From: a virus
Lineage: Duplodnaviria > Caudoviricetes
Length of the DNA: 64,000 nt
Virus record (IMG/VR): IMGVR_UViG_3300005611_000013
Span: 1 to 64,000 of that record
Direction: 5' to 3' (one strand)
Of this stretch, positions 9,442 through 19,178 are shown one piece after another; positions within the stretch are counted from its first letter, which is position 1, and every line of letters starts with the position of its first letter. The position numbers were made by a program, and so were the translations under genes. The notes under the pieces are model-generated. The model made no database searches and was not told the origin of the DNA. It was given only the letters and a program-made list of their open reading frames with translations.

Positions 9442-10064
9442 TTAACTTGCCATAATATTTGATAGCCATTATATAGTGGTTCAATGCCTATATCTTTAAA
9501 GTATTCTTTAGCATACTTTCCTTTTCCAGAACCATCCTCAAAATTATCATCAATTGCTATTATTGTTTCGGAAGAGCAAGACGGCCATATTGCTATTAGC
9601 TCTTTTATATGATGCAATGATGATTGATGTTTTATACCTTCGTGATAGTCATATGAATCTAAGTAAAGAAGGTCTATGACTCTATTTTCTTTCTTTAATT
9701 TTGCATTCATTTCATAGAGGAATTTAACTGAATCAGAACATATCACATTTGCTTTTTTTGTCAATCTTTTTGCTACAGATACATTTCTTTCATTTATATC
9801 AACAGAATACAATTCTCCACCATTATCTTGAATATACTGATCAAATATAAGTGTTGACTGACCATCTCCACCGAAGTTTCCTTCTTGCCTAGCACAACCT
9901 GTTTCAATAATTAACGGATTTGTTTTTTTTGATATATGGTTTATCATTATCTCAAAAGCTTTTTTTCTTTTTTCTGTCTTGTTTATTAGTTCTTGTGTTT
10001 TTGTCATTTGCAACTCACAATGTTTGATCGTAATGTGTTCTGTTAACTCTAATAAATTCCGCAC
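9438..10064 (-). CDS. Class I SAM-dependent methyltransferase (likely start MTKTQE near 10008)
   Basis: IIETG motif I, SVDIN, LLYLDSYD, IAIDD. Confidence 0.7.
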   Translation of the reverse strand: MRNLLELTEHITIKHCELQMTKTQELINKTEKRKKAFEIMINHISKKTNPLIIETGCARQEGNFGGDGQSTLIFDQYIQDNGGELYSVDINERNVSVAKRLTKKANVICSDSVKFLYEMNAKLKKENRVIDLLYLDSYDYHEGIKHQSSLHHIKELIAIWPSCSSETIIAIDDNFEDGSGKGKYAKEYFKDIGIEPLYNGYQILWQVK

Positions 10065-10695
10065 ACTTGGAAATATCTTTTAGTTTTGTGGCACCAATAT
10101 AGGCGCAGGCACTTCTGATCCCACCAAGTATATCAGACATTATTGATTCCGCCCTTCCTTTGTATGGAACAACTTTAACTCTACCCTCGCTGGCTCTGTA
10201 GTCTTTTATTCCACCGTATTTTGATTGGGCGTTGTGAGACGACATGCCATAGAACTTTAGTGACCTTTTTCTTTTCTCTCCACCATTTTTTGGGTCAATA
10301 GGTTGCCACCAAGTTATTGTTCGGTCAATTAATTTGTCTGGTTTGGTTTCGCATTTATATTCGTATTCCCATTCACCCTCGCATTCATCAGTCCCTGCCA
10401 GCATTCCTCCAAGCATAACGAAGTCTGCACCAGCAGCAAATGCTTTTACAATGTCTGACGGGTTCCTGCACCCACCGTCTGCACAAATTAATCCAAGGCG
10501 ACCATCTCCAGCCCTCAAGCCATGTGCGGCGTGAGCACATTCCATTATAGAAGAAAGCTGTGGATACCCACAATTGTGTACAATTATTTTTTCTAAACCT
10601 ACACAGTATGAGTGATTGTTTTCTACGGTAAGATCAAACATTTCCTGAGAAATATTAACTTCTTTTTTTGTGACTTCCCTTAGTTTGAATTTCAA
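10015..10695 (-). CDS. guaC: Split-intein C-fragment (41 aa, 10573-10695) fused to the GMP reductase C-terminal half
   Basis: MKFKLREV...FDLTVENNHSY...IVHN|CGYPQLSS..ADGGC..DIVKAFAAGADFVMLGGMLAG..FYGMSS..YRASEG. Confidence 0.9.
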   Translation of the reverse strand: MKFKLREVTKKEVNISQEMFDLTVENNHSYCVGLEKIIVHNCGYPQLSSIMECAHAAHGLRAGDGRLGLICADGGCRNPSDIVKAFAAGADFVMLGGMLAGTDECEGEWEYEYKCETKPDKLIDRTITWWQPIDPKNGGEKRKRSLKFYGMSSHNAQSKYGGIKDYRASEGRVKVVPYKGRAESIMSDILGGIRSACAYIGATKLKDISKCAEFIRVNRTHYDQTL

Positions 10696-11374
10696 GATTA
10701 TCTCCTATTGTTTTAATCCAGTATTTAAAATCTTCATCAGACAGTCCCTGTTTCATCATGTTAACAGTTTTATGAACCCATTGAACATTGTCAAGCGTAT
10801 AACCTTTGCTTGAATTTATTCTATCTAAAGATGCCGTTGTATCCGCACATTCTTTCATTGTTAAGGCAAATTTTAAAACAATGCCACTATATGCACACTT
10901 ACGATCTTGTTGTAAAAATAAATTCCACGCATCTTCTATGTCTAATTCAAACTTGTGAGAACGATTTGCAGCACCCCTTTGAATATTACCCCACCATTTT
11001 CCATGTATATCTCCATAGCCACTCCATAAATAATGACCTCTGCTGTACTGCTTGCTTTTCATCCAACAGCCACAGGATTTTCTTTCGTTTCTTGTAATGG
11101 TTTTTGTAGGTAGTTCTATTTCCTTGCCGCATTTACATTTGCACATCCAGTAAACTTGTCCATTTTTAGATCCACTTTTTTTAATTACTTCTAACCAATG
11201 ATATTTATAACCTACTAAATTCAGCTTAGGCCAGTCAATATTATTTTGCTTGCAAAAAACGTATACTAAACTCTTGCTACACCCATAGAATTTAGCAATA
11301 TAGTCAGCATTTTTTTCTTTTTTAACTAATTCTCGCACTTCTTGTTCACATAGATTATACTTTGATTTTGACAT
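10655..11374 (-). mobile_element. Free-standing His-Me-finger (HNH-like) homing endonuclease between the two guaC halves
   Basis: N-terminal HTH, WMCKCKCG..SCGC, SLDRINSSKGYTLDNVQWVHKTVNMMK. Confidence 0.8.
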
Positions 11375-11436
11375 TTGTATCTCCGTGTATAAATGGGGCT
11401 TCTTGTTACCAACTTATACACAATTTTACACTATGT

Positions 11437-12345
11437 TCAGGAAAGAATTTCTATGATAAAATGATTTTCTTCGGAAATATTTTTTGCTTCTAGCCAGTAA
11501 GCAAAGTCATGAATGTTATCTTCATTAATTTTGTTTTGATCAGACTTGTTGACGACATAGAATTCATGATCGTCTGTACAAGTTATTCCATTTATTTCAA
11601 CAAGATTATCCTTGAACCCATTGTTGTGAACATTTGTTACGGGCTGATATGTGCCATCGTGCGTCAAGACCAATTCTCCAACGCTAACATCCTTTATGTT
11701 CTTCGGGCCAGACGATGTGTTAACTTTTGAATCTCCCGTAAAACATCCAGTTTTCAATCTCGTTGTACATGCAGATCCAGGCCCAATGCCAATCTTAACT
11801 ATGTCTACACCTCCATGAAGAACGATCTCCTGAACCATTTCTGGTGTGCAAACATTCCCAGCCATTATAATTGGTTCTTTCCCAAACTCATCTCTAACTT
11901 TGGAACAAAAGTTAACAAAGTCATCAGTGTAACCATTGGCTACATCAATACACAAATTTGGTACTTCTTGTGTTGATTCTACAAATTTATTCAGTTTTGT
12001 AAAATCATCATCTTTAATACCCATACTATACCACTGATAGTCTAATTCAGTTAAGTCTTGAATGAGTTTAATATCCTCGTAGTGCTTGTGAAGGCATGTT
12101 GCAATATTAAATTTCATAAGAGATTGCGACATAGTAAATGTTCCAGTTGTATCCATATTTGCTGAAAATATAGGTATTCCACTCCACTTGCTGTTTGAGT
12201 GATAAAAACTAAAATTACGTTCTAGTTTTATATTTGCTCTTGAAACTGTTTTAGTTCTCTGTGGAACAAGTAACACATCTTCAAAGTCTAGTTTTGGCTC
12301 GTTATTTATTTTCATCTTTTCCTCGTAAAAAGGAGGGTAGCACAA
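11437..12345 (-). CDS. guaC: GMP reductase N-terminal half fused to split-intein N-fragment (102 aa, 11440-11745); likely start MKINNEP
   Basis: KLDFEDVLLVP, SANMDTTG, IDVANGY, GIGPGSACTTRLKTG|CFTGDSKV..ITCTDDHEFYV..IEILS*. Confidence 0.9.
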   Translation of the reverse strand: MCYPPFYEEKMKINNEPKLDFEDVLLVPQRTKTVSRANIKLERNFSFYHSNSKWSGIPIFSANMDTTGTFTMSQSLMKFNIATCLHKHYEDIKLIQDLTELDYQWYSMGIKDDDFTKLNKFVESTQEVPNLCIDVANGYTDDFVNFCSKVRDEFGKEPIIMAGNVCTPEMVQEIVLHGGVDIVKIGIGPGSACTTRLKTGCFTGDSKVNTSSGPKNIKDVSVGELVLTHDGTYQPVTNVHNNGFKDNLVEINGITCTDDHEFYVVNKSDQNKINEDNIHDFAYWLEAKNISEENHFIIEILS

Positions 12346-12366
12346 CCTAAGTTATACTACCCTCTA
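12330..12366 (-). terminator. Intrinsic terminator after rIIB
   Basis: AGAGGGGTAGTA...TGCTACCCTCCT hairpin + TTTT on minus strand. Confidence 0.65.
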
Positions 12367-12383
12367 GACACGCAAACACACAC

Positions 12384-13208
12384 TCACCAACTTACGCTCT
12401 CATAATCGTCGCAATCCTTCCAGCCTGCGTCTTCGTCATCATCGCAATCCTCATCATCGTAGTATTCATCTACAACCGCTGGGATAAGATCGCCATTGTA
12501 TTCTCCAACAACTTCATATCCGCAGCAGCGAACCTTCTGATGCATACTGTCAAGCGGGACGCTAACAACATCTGCTGGATCAACCTTGCAGATAACAACC
12601 TTGTCGCCAGTGCTACCGTAAGACTTGACATAATCAATAGCCCCAACGTGCAGCCCATTGGAACACCCAACATCACAGTTATCGTCAACTTGATGACGCT
12701 TTACGCGAGGGCACTGACCAACGGAGTTGTTAATCGTGCCAGAATACTTATCCATAAAGTCTGGACGAACAGCCTTATACGCCAGAAAATAACCGTCTGG
12801 AGTAATCGGCAGAAACTTATGCTGGAGGAATGTATACAGTTCGTTGATAGCCCTGAATGATGGATTCTGGTACAATCGCTCAAGGAATCGTAGCATTGGG
12901 CTGTGATCAAAACCGCCCTTCAGCATCTCTACAATGCGATCAGTGATAACATCGTGAACCTGTTCTCCATCATACCACAGAACACCATCTTCAAACTTAA
13001 AATCGCCCTCACTCCAGTTCTCAACATGTACGCCAGTGTTGAAAACGTTGAGAAACTCCTCTGAATCTCCCGTCTTGATACAGTCAATCAGACCACTATA
13101 GTCTGCGTGACTTGGATCAAACTGATAACTTTGATTGTCAATAACAACGGTGTACTGGTTCTTGGAATCTTTAATGTGTGTTAGCATAATTATTTTTCTC
13201 CTTTTCAA
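12384..13208 (-). CDS. rIIB: RIIB-like protein
   Basis: FLAYKAVR.DFMDKYSGTI.N.VG...R..VDDN...CS.GLHVG..DY; lies next to an rIIA-like gene. Confidence 0.8.
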   Translation of the reverse strand: MKRRKIIMLTHIKDSKNQYTVVIDNQSYQFDPSHADYSGLIDCIKTGDSEEFLNVFNTGVHVENWSEGDFKFEDGVLWYDGEQVHDVITDRIVEMLKGGFDHSPMLRFLERLYQNPSFRAINELYTFLQHKFLPITPDGYFLAYKAVRPDFMDKYSGTINNSVGQCPRVKRHQVDDNCDVGCSNGLHVGAIDYVKSYGSTGDKVVICKVDPADVVSVPLDSMHQKVRCCGYEVVGEYNGDLIPAVVDEYYDDEDCDDDEDAGWKDCDDYESVSW

Positions 13209-15103
13209 TTATTCCTGTTAAGATAGTCTGCCAAAGTTTGGTTAGCCTGAGTCTTGTCATCCCGATATCCAATCTCAAAGTATTCAAGCATTGGATGATT
13301 CATTTTAACATCTTGCATTAGCTTGTCAAGCGTTTTCTCTTCCTTGTATTCCCACATAAATGTGTCAGCAATATTTCTTAGCGATGCATTGCTGGTGGAA
13401 TCAAGTGCAGTATTTTCTTCCAAGAAAGCGTTAACACGCTCACAAGTGAAAGTGTGACCATCGCTCTTGGCTTTAACAATGTAGTGACGAATGTCACGAT
13501 CTTCATACGAAGAAAGGTCTGATGGAAAAACGGTACTATCAACCATATGCTTATAACTCTTCTTCATATATTTCGCAATACTAATCCATCCTCCATTTTC
13601 AAAAGACTTTGTTTTCATAAAAGGCTTCTTAATACCGTAGATGGTGATACCAAGACTATGGCAAAGTTTAATCTGACTCCAACTAGAATCTTCTGGCTCA
13701 TTACGATGAACCTGAACATACACCTTTTCTCCAGCAGGAATGCTGTCCGCATCATCCCAACGATCACCAACCTTCCAGCTTTCTGATCCATTAAAGACAA
13801 GAATACCAGCCTGCTTTTGGTATGACCGTCCACGGCTAGTGGTTTTCTCAACCTTTGGCAGTGTATCAAGATCCTCCACAAAATCAAGATCAATTTTAGT
13901 TTCTGCAATCTGTTCATCCGTCAGCAAGACAATGGTCTTGGCTCCACCACCCTTAATAAAACTCTTAATCCTTGCACCAAATCGTGGCTTATGTCGGAAG
14001 TATTTAATATTGTCGCCAATTGGTATGACGATTGTTTCGCCAATATCAACTCCTCCCCTCCATCCAGTTTTAGCATAGTATGTAATACCAGTTTTTGTAT
14101 CTGGCAAACAGAAGGGATTTAGATCACCACTTTTAATACCGGGAGCATTGCGAAACTCATCTGCTTTCCTCGCACGAAGAAAATCTGTAGGCTCAGACTG
14201 AATAATATCTAGAACACTATCACGAATATTAGTTTTCAGCAACTCCACTTTACTCTTTATAGCGTTGACAGTCTTCTCATCAAGAGAAAGAGACTCTCGC
14301 CCAGCATCAAAGGAAATCTCTCCCATATTAAACTTGAGATACCCAGTAATGTATGGAGTCTCAATGTTGCTAGGGATATCGTATGCAACGCCACCCATAA
14401 CGGCTTTTAGGCTATTCCAGCCATTGAATGCCTCAATACAAACATCGCCATTAGCAACCTTAACCCTTGCCTTACGGGCATTAATAGCATCAACAACTGA
14501 CTGCTTGTTTATACGAGGGGTGCGAGTGAAGTAAAAGTAAACATGCTCTGCTTCATCCGCAAATTCCTGAATCATATCCTCATCAATAGCCATGGAGACT
14601 TCCACTCCATTAGACTCGTCAGTATCATTACTGGTCAACAGTGCTACTTGAGGCTCACCATTCTCATCACGGTAGCACGAATAAAGATTAGCAGTCCCAT
14701 TGAAGAAACTCTTCACAGTAAAAGAGTCTACAATACAAAATGGAGACTTACTGCCAAGACCCAAAGCTCCAACAAAATCATTAGATGAAGTCTTTGTGCT
14801 GCAAAAATATGTAGTAAAGATTTCACGAACATCTTCGTCAGATAGTCCAGTGCCGTAGTCTCGCACAGAGAAATGTGGCTCAAGGCGTGTTGGAAGATGA
14901 ACATTAATACGATCCGGATTACCAGCGGCAGTATGGGCATCCACGGCATTGCATGAGATTTCCCGAATAACTGCACGAACCTTGTGGGTGTATATATTGC
15001 TTGAGAGAATATCAAAAGCTTTACTGCTTGCCTGGATCTTGAAACCAGAAGTTTTGAAAGATCCACAAACCGCCACATCTTGCTTATTTTCGCTAATGAT
15101 CAT
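13205..15103 (-). CDS. rIIA: RIIA-like protein with N-terminal GHKL ATPase domain
   Basis: VIREISCNA.DAH, VRDYGTGL, STK..SN..G.LGLGSKS. Confidence 0.82.
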   Translation of the reverse strand: MIISENKQDVAVCGSFKTSGFKIQASSKAFDILSSNIYTHKVRAVIREISCNAVDAHTAAGNPDRINVHLPTRLEPHFSVRDYGTGLSDEDVREIFTTYFCSTKTSSNDFVGALGLGSKSPFCIVDSFTVKSFFNGTANLYSCYRDENGEPQVALLTSNDTDESNGVEVSMAIDEDMIQEFADEAEHVYFYFTRTPRINKQSVVDAINARKARVKVANGDVCIEAFNGWNSLKAVMGGVAYDIPSNIETPYITGYLKFNMGEISFDAGRESLSLDEKTVNAIKSKVELLKTNIRDSVLDIIQSEPTDFLRARKADEFRNAPGIKSGDLNPFCLPDTKTGITYYAKTGWRGGVDIGETIVIPIGDNIKYFRHKPRFGARIKSFIKGGGAKTIVLLTDEQIAETKIDLDFVEDLDTLPKVEKTTSRGRSYQKQAGILVFNGSESWKVGDRWDDADSIPAGEKVYVQVHRNEPEDSSWSQIKLCHSLGITIYGIKKPFMKTKSFENGGWISIAKYMKKSYKHMVDSTVFPSDLSSYEDRDIRHYIVKAKSDGHTFTCERVNAFLEENTALDSTSNASLRNIADTFMWEYKEEKTLDKLMQDVKMNHPMLEYFEIGYRDDKTQANQTLADYLNRNN

Positions 15104-15146
15104 TTAAGACCTCCAGTAGTTTTGAGTATCGTTGCGTGATGACCTA

Positions 15147-15174
15147 AGTATACCATTGATCGGCAGTCTGTCAA
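15147..15174 (-). promoter_or_regulatory. sigma70-type promoter TTGACA-N16-TATACT for rIIA/B
   Basis: Near consensus; spacer contains GCCGAT, as do several promoters at 33-46 kb. Confidence 0.7.
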
Positions 15175-15208
15175 GCACTTCTTGATTTTTTTTTTAAAAT
15201 CCACTTTT

Positions 15209-15517
15209 TCACGAGAAAGATTGAAATTTTCGCTCTTCTGCTGAAAATGAAAATGGCTCTTCAGCGAAGTCAACACACTCCTCTAAGAAGAAATCCCACT
15301 CTTCCATAAATCTCTCAAGATTCTCATCTTCTACTATATATGTTACATGGTCAATCTCGTCTTCATACCACACAACCATCCTATCGCCACCTTCGTAATC
15401 TACATCCTTTATATCAACATTTAATGTTCTTGATACGGCAATCTGAACGGGATTGTGTTTTGGATTATTCATAGCCTTAACGATATCATTTTCTGTAACG
15501 TTGATAATCATTTCCAA
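15209..15517 (-). CDS. Acidic hypothetical protein
   Basis: ORF track, overlaps thyX stop. Confidence 0.55.
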   Translation of the reverse strand: MEMIINVTENDIVKAMNNPKHNPVQIAVSRTLNVDIKDVDYEGGDRMVVWYEDEIDHVTYIVEDENLERFMEEWDFFLEECVDFAEEPFSFSAEERKFQSFS

Positions 15518-17202
15518 TCTAAAGCCTCCGAGATAATAGGTAATTGTTCCACAAAAATTTGCTTAATAGAATTTGCTATATCCATATGTTCTTTTTGTGT
15601 TCCATTTGACGACCTTAATTCTATATAATGAATCCATGAACGTATACTGCCCGTCATATATAATTTGGTAGGCGTTGCGAGTGGTAAAACAAATCTGGCA
15701 CACTCTTTCGCTACACCATCTTTTAGTAGAGACTCATACAGTCTAACAGATTTATAAAAATGCTCTTCAATTACACGCTTCCAATAATTTTTTATATGGG
15801 GCTGTATGTCATCAATGCTATTTTGTCTATTCTTATTATCTTGACTTCTTATGTCTGGGCATTCTATTTTGCCAAGCAACTTTGCATCTGCGTATCTTTG
15901 GCTATTATGTACAATTACTCCATCTGCTACATAGTTATGTGAATCATGATCAATTTCTAAATCGTATGTCATTTCTTTACCAATGTATTTCACAAATTTA
16001 ATCTTTGACCACGATACTGTCATAGTATTTCCAATGCCCTTCTCTTTCCATTTTTTATGATCCCCATTCAATCTATGATGTTTCATGTGACAGTTGGAAT
16101 GAACTGGCATGAGATTAGAGTATTCTCTAGCAAGAGACATATTTTCTGATACTGGAATAATATGATGTAGGTGTGTGCGACTATTTAACTTATCTCCACA
16201 CATACCACAACAGTAGTTGTATTCTTTCATAAGTTTATTACGAAACTTAGATATATCTGCTTGAATTTTTTGTCGTTCTTTGGCTACTCCACCTTTCCAT
16301 AAATTAGAATCTTTTCCCTTTTTTGAGGAATCTCGCATCTTCTGTTTTGTTTCCTCAGATCTTAAACCACTAGAATATCCAAAAACACCTTTATTCCAGA
16401 TAGGAGTATATGAAGAAACTTCTTTCTTTGTAAAGCACAAGTTGTGTTTTTTTAGCCATTTGCGAATTGTATGAATAGATACACCAGCAGTATTAGCAAT
16501 ACCAACCAATCCGGTTCCGTCGCTAATACTCTGCTTCTTATGTTCTAACAGCCAATTGTAATCTTGGTGAACTGGAGTGCCATTACATCCAACAGCAATA
16601 TTATTACTAATAACAGCGGTATTACCAACTAGTTTTAGTCCAGTAGCATCTTGAAGAGAAACAAAACCATTTTTGGTCAAAACCTTATGTTCTTTAGTGC
16701 ATTTAATAGATTTGCCGTTTTCCAAAACAATTTCAAAAATATCTTTCATTCCAGTTTGAAAAACTTCTTTGATGTGAGCATGACTTAGTGTTTTGGATAT
16801 TTCGTCATACACTCTAACGAACATATTACGAATACGATTTCGTGAGTTCTCATTCTTTGACCAGTTTTTATATAGATGCTCTAAAGTAAGCGAATATTTT
16901 TGCCTTTTGCCCTTTTTTATAGCGTTTGGTAAGTCAAAATACACATTGGTATCTCCAGACATACAAAACTCTTGAAATGTAAAACTTCTGTGTCTTAAAA
17001 TTTGTGCGGCAATCGCCCTTGTTGTGGTAATCTCTAGCGTCATGTAACCCTGCTCAAAAATACTCCAGTGTTGATTTTTTATGCAGTAAGCGATCAGTTT
17101 GCTGTAATCATCCCGATCTTGCCCGTTTGGGTTGGACACTCTAGCACAGTATGCAATCAGCTTTTCTGCGTCTGGAGTTATTGATATCAATTTTACTTCC
17201 AT
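15508..17202 (-). CDS. thyX: Flavin-dependent thymidylate synthase interrupted by an intein
   Basis: HWSIFE, QILRHRSFTFQEF|intein|SQRY, KECARFVLP. Confidence 0.92.
   Translation of the reverse strand: MEVKLISITPDAEKLIAYCARVSNPNGQDRDDYSKLIAYCIKNQHWSIFEQGYMTLEITTTRAIAAQILRHRSFTFQEFCMSGDTNVYFDLPNAIKKGKRQKYSLTLEHLYKNWSKNENSRNRIRNMFVRVYDEISKTLSHAHIKEVFQTGMKDIFEIVLENGKSIKCTKEHKVLTKNGFVSLQDATGLKLVGNTAVISNNIAVGCNGTPVHQDYNWLLEHKKQSISDGTGLVGIANTAGVSIHTIRKWLKKHNLCFTKKEVSSYTPIWNKGVFGYSSGLRSEETKQKMRDSSKKGKDSNLWKGGVAKERQKIQADISKFRNKLMKEYNYCCGMCGDKLNSRTHLHHIIPVSENMSLAREYSNLMPVHSNCHMKHHRLNGDHKKWKEKGIGNTMTVSWSKIKFVKYIGKEMTYDLEIDHDSHNYVADGVIVHNSQRYADAKLLGKIECPDIRSQDNKNRQNSIDDIQPHIKNYWKRVIEEHFYKSVRLYESLLKDGVAKECARFVLPLATPTKLYMTGSIRSWIHYIELRSSNGTQKEHMDIANSIKQIFVEQLPIISEALDWK
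15904..16965 (-). mobile_element. Intein (354 aa) with HNH endonuclease in thyX
   Basis: Starts CMSGDT, block B KCTKEHKVLT, CGMCG..HLHHIIP..N..VHSNCH, ends YDLEI..HNYVADGVIVHN before Ser. Confidence 0.9.
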
Positions 17203-17222
17203 TAGTTTTTCCTTTCTGTACT

Positions 17223-17251
17223 ATAGTAGCACAAAAAACTATCTGTGTCAA
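17223..17251 (-). promoter_or_regulatory. sigma70-type promoter TTGACA-N17-TACTAT for thyX
   Basis: Consensus match upstream of RBS and ATG. Confidence 0.7.
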
Positions 17252-17559
17252 TTTTTTCTTGGTCTACTTTCATGTTGATGTCTATATTTAACTACATCTC
17301 TACAAACATCTTTATTCCAACTTTTCCAATCCATTAAATGACCGAAAACAAAATGGCAATGTTTTCCACATAAAGTAATTAGATTATTTGGATCTAATTC
17401 TTTTTTGGGGTCAACATGGTATGGGACTATGTGGTGTACTTCTAAAGTATCTTTTCTTCCACACGCCGCACATTCTGGATTTTTTCTAAGATGTTCTTTT
17501 CTGGCTTTATTCCAGCTATATGACCTACCGTAAAGAAAATTCTTGAAAAATGAAAACAT
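17248..17559 (-). CDS. Small HNH endonuclease
   Basis: CAACG..LEVHHIVP...NLITLC..CH. Confidence 0.85.
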   Translation of the reverse strand: MFSFFKNFLYGRSYSWNKARKEHLRKNPECAACGRKDTLEVHHIVPYHVDPKKELDPNNLITLCGKHCHFVFGHLMDWKSWNKDVCRDVVKYRHQHESRPRKN

Positions 17560-17560
17560 T

Positions 17561-18562
17561 TTAACTCCTTGAATAAACTACGGTTTTATCTATACTTTTC
17601 CTATTGCCACTCAAGTTCTGGTTCACTTGTCTAGCTGAAGATGCAACATTGTATTCACAAGTATACTCGTAATTATTAATTATGTGTTCGTGATTTATAT
17701 CATCCCACATCTTGTATTTACCAATATTAGCAACGTTCCAGCACGATCTTCCATTCTGCTCTAAATTGTTTACACATATCTTAATTAGAGGGTTTAAAAA
17801 AGTATTAACCCAATCTCCATATGTATCCGTATTTGCTATTGATTGAGTTTCTTCATCTGAATATATTTCCAAATCAAAGTATGGGGGACTTGTTAAGCAT
17901 ATCTCAGTTTTTGGTATATCATATTTATGAAAGTTTAAAGCACTGTCATTTATGATATGTGTATATTTTTCTATACCTAGAAATGCTATTACTTTTTGCA
18001 GGTTCTCATAAGTTTTTGTATTTGGTTCAAATGCGTAGTATTTGCATTTATTTGCAACGGCCCCAACCATTCTTCCTCCCCATCCTGCACATGGATCAAA
18101 TACTGTTTTACATCCCTGTGTAATCATTTTTGACATTTGGGGACGATACATTGTACTCTTGGTTGATCCAGAGCAAAAATAAATACCACGTTTTAACTCA
18201 GATAGATATGGGGTTGAGTGGCTTTTTCTATTCCAAACCAATACTTTTTTCAATAGGTCTATATCTTGCCAAGCTTTGGAGAATGAAAAACCTTTTGATG
18301 TTTGTATATCGTAGAAGTTTGGAAAAAAATGCTCACAAATCTTCATTCCGATTCTACTTGTGCTTGAAAGATATTTTTCACTGGAATCAAATCTACATAG
18401 ATTATCCCAATCTTTCTTCAGAGATTTTTCATCATAGCAAGACTTATAATCTACCTCTGATAGCTGCAAAGCCAAACTATCTAGATTATCATAGAAGTCT
18501 TTGTCCGACAGGTTTCTTGTGGAATATCTTTTATTTAGTATGTCCTGTATTTGAATATTCAT
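17561..18562 (-). CDS. DNA amino-methyltransferase (SPPY, probably N4-C)
   Basis: FDPCAGWGGR (motif I) then TSPPYF (motif IV). Confidence 0.82.
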   Translation of the reverse strand: MNIQIQDILNKRYSTRNLSDKDFYDNLDSLALQLSEVDYKSCYDEKSLKKDWDNLCRFDSSEKYLSSTSRIGMKICEHFFPNFYDIQTSKGFSFSKAWQDIDLLKKVLVWNRKSHSTPYLSELKRGIYFCSGSTKSTMYRPQMSKMITQGCKTVFDPCAGWGGRMVGAVANKCKYYAFEPNTKTYENLQKVIAFLGIEKYTHIINDSALNFHKYDIPKTEICLTSPPYFDLEIYSDEETQSIANTDTYGDWVNTFLNPLIKICVNNLEQNGRSCWNVANIGKYKMWDDINHEHIINNYEYTCEYNVASSARQVNQNLSGNRKSIDKTVVYSRS

Positions 18563-19156
18563 CTAAAAGTCTATATTGAGAATCGTAAAAAAATCACAGA
18601 AGTCCTTATCTATAGTTATCCACAACTGACCCGATGTGGACTGAGACTGAATATTGGCGACAATACCATTTCCTTTACCAGTATATTTTGGATTCCCATT
18701 TTTGTCAAGGTCTTCCACCCAATCAAGATTAAAATAATCTACTTTCTTTGAATCTACAACATAGCAATAATATTTTCTTTCATCATCTTTTTTATTTGTG
18801 CCACATCCTATTAGATAATCATATTCCTTTTTTTGGAGGAAGTTTAATTTCTCCCCAAGTGTGGGATAGCTACTAGTTCTTGATCCCGATATTTTTATTT
18901 TTACATCACCATCTTCTTTAAGAATCATTCCAGACTTGTTAGATATTCTAGTATCATTCTTTACCTTCTGATCTTTACCTATATAATGACTACATATAGG
19001 TTTCCAATCTGAACCAAATCCCATCTGTTTAAACGCTTTTGAGGTTAATTCTTCAAGATATACATCCTTGCAAGTATTATCATATAGTTCATGATGCAAG
19101 CCTAAGTATATCCTTAGTTCCGTTGTAAATTTTTTGAATTCTTCTTCTGTGAACAT
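18563..19156 (-). CDS. Possible restriction-endonuclease-like protein (start MFTEEEF)
   Basis: Directly upstream of the MTase; EE..D..SxK..SGSR pattern loosely PD-(D/E)xK-like. Confidence 0.4.
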   Translation of the reverse strand: MFTEEEFKKFTTELRIYLGLHHELYDNTCKDVYLEELTSKAFKQMGFGSDWKPICSHYIGKDQKVKNDTRISNKSGMILKEDGDVKIKISGSRTSSYPTLGEKLNFLQKKEYDYLIGCGTNKKDDERKYYCYVVDSKKVDYFNLDWVEDLDKNGNPKYTGKGNGIVANIQSQSTSGQLWITIDKDFCDFFTILNIDF

Positions 19157-19178
19157 AATGTTTACCCTTGATATAAAG

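Noticed and set aside
10015-11437. guaC break as a frameshift or pseudogene
   Set aside because: Both halves end and start exactly at intein fragment boundaries, with intact splice residues (Cys1, His-Asn, Cys+1) and a complete intervening gene
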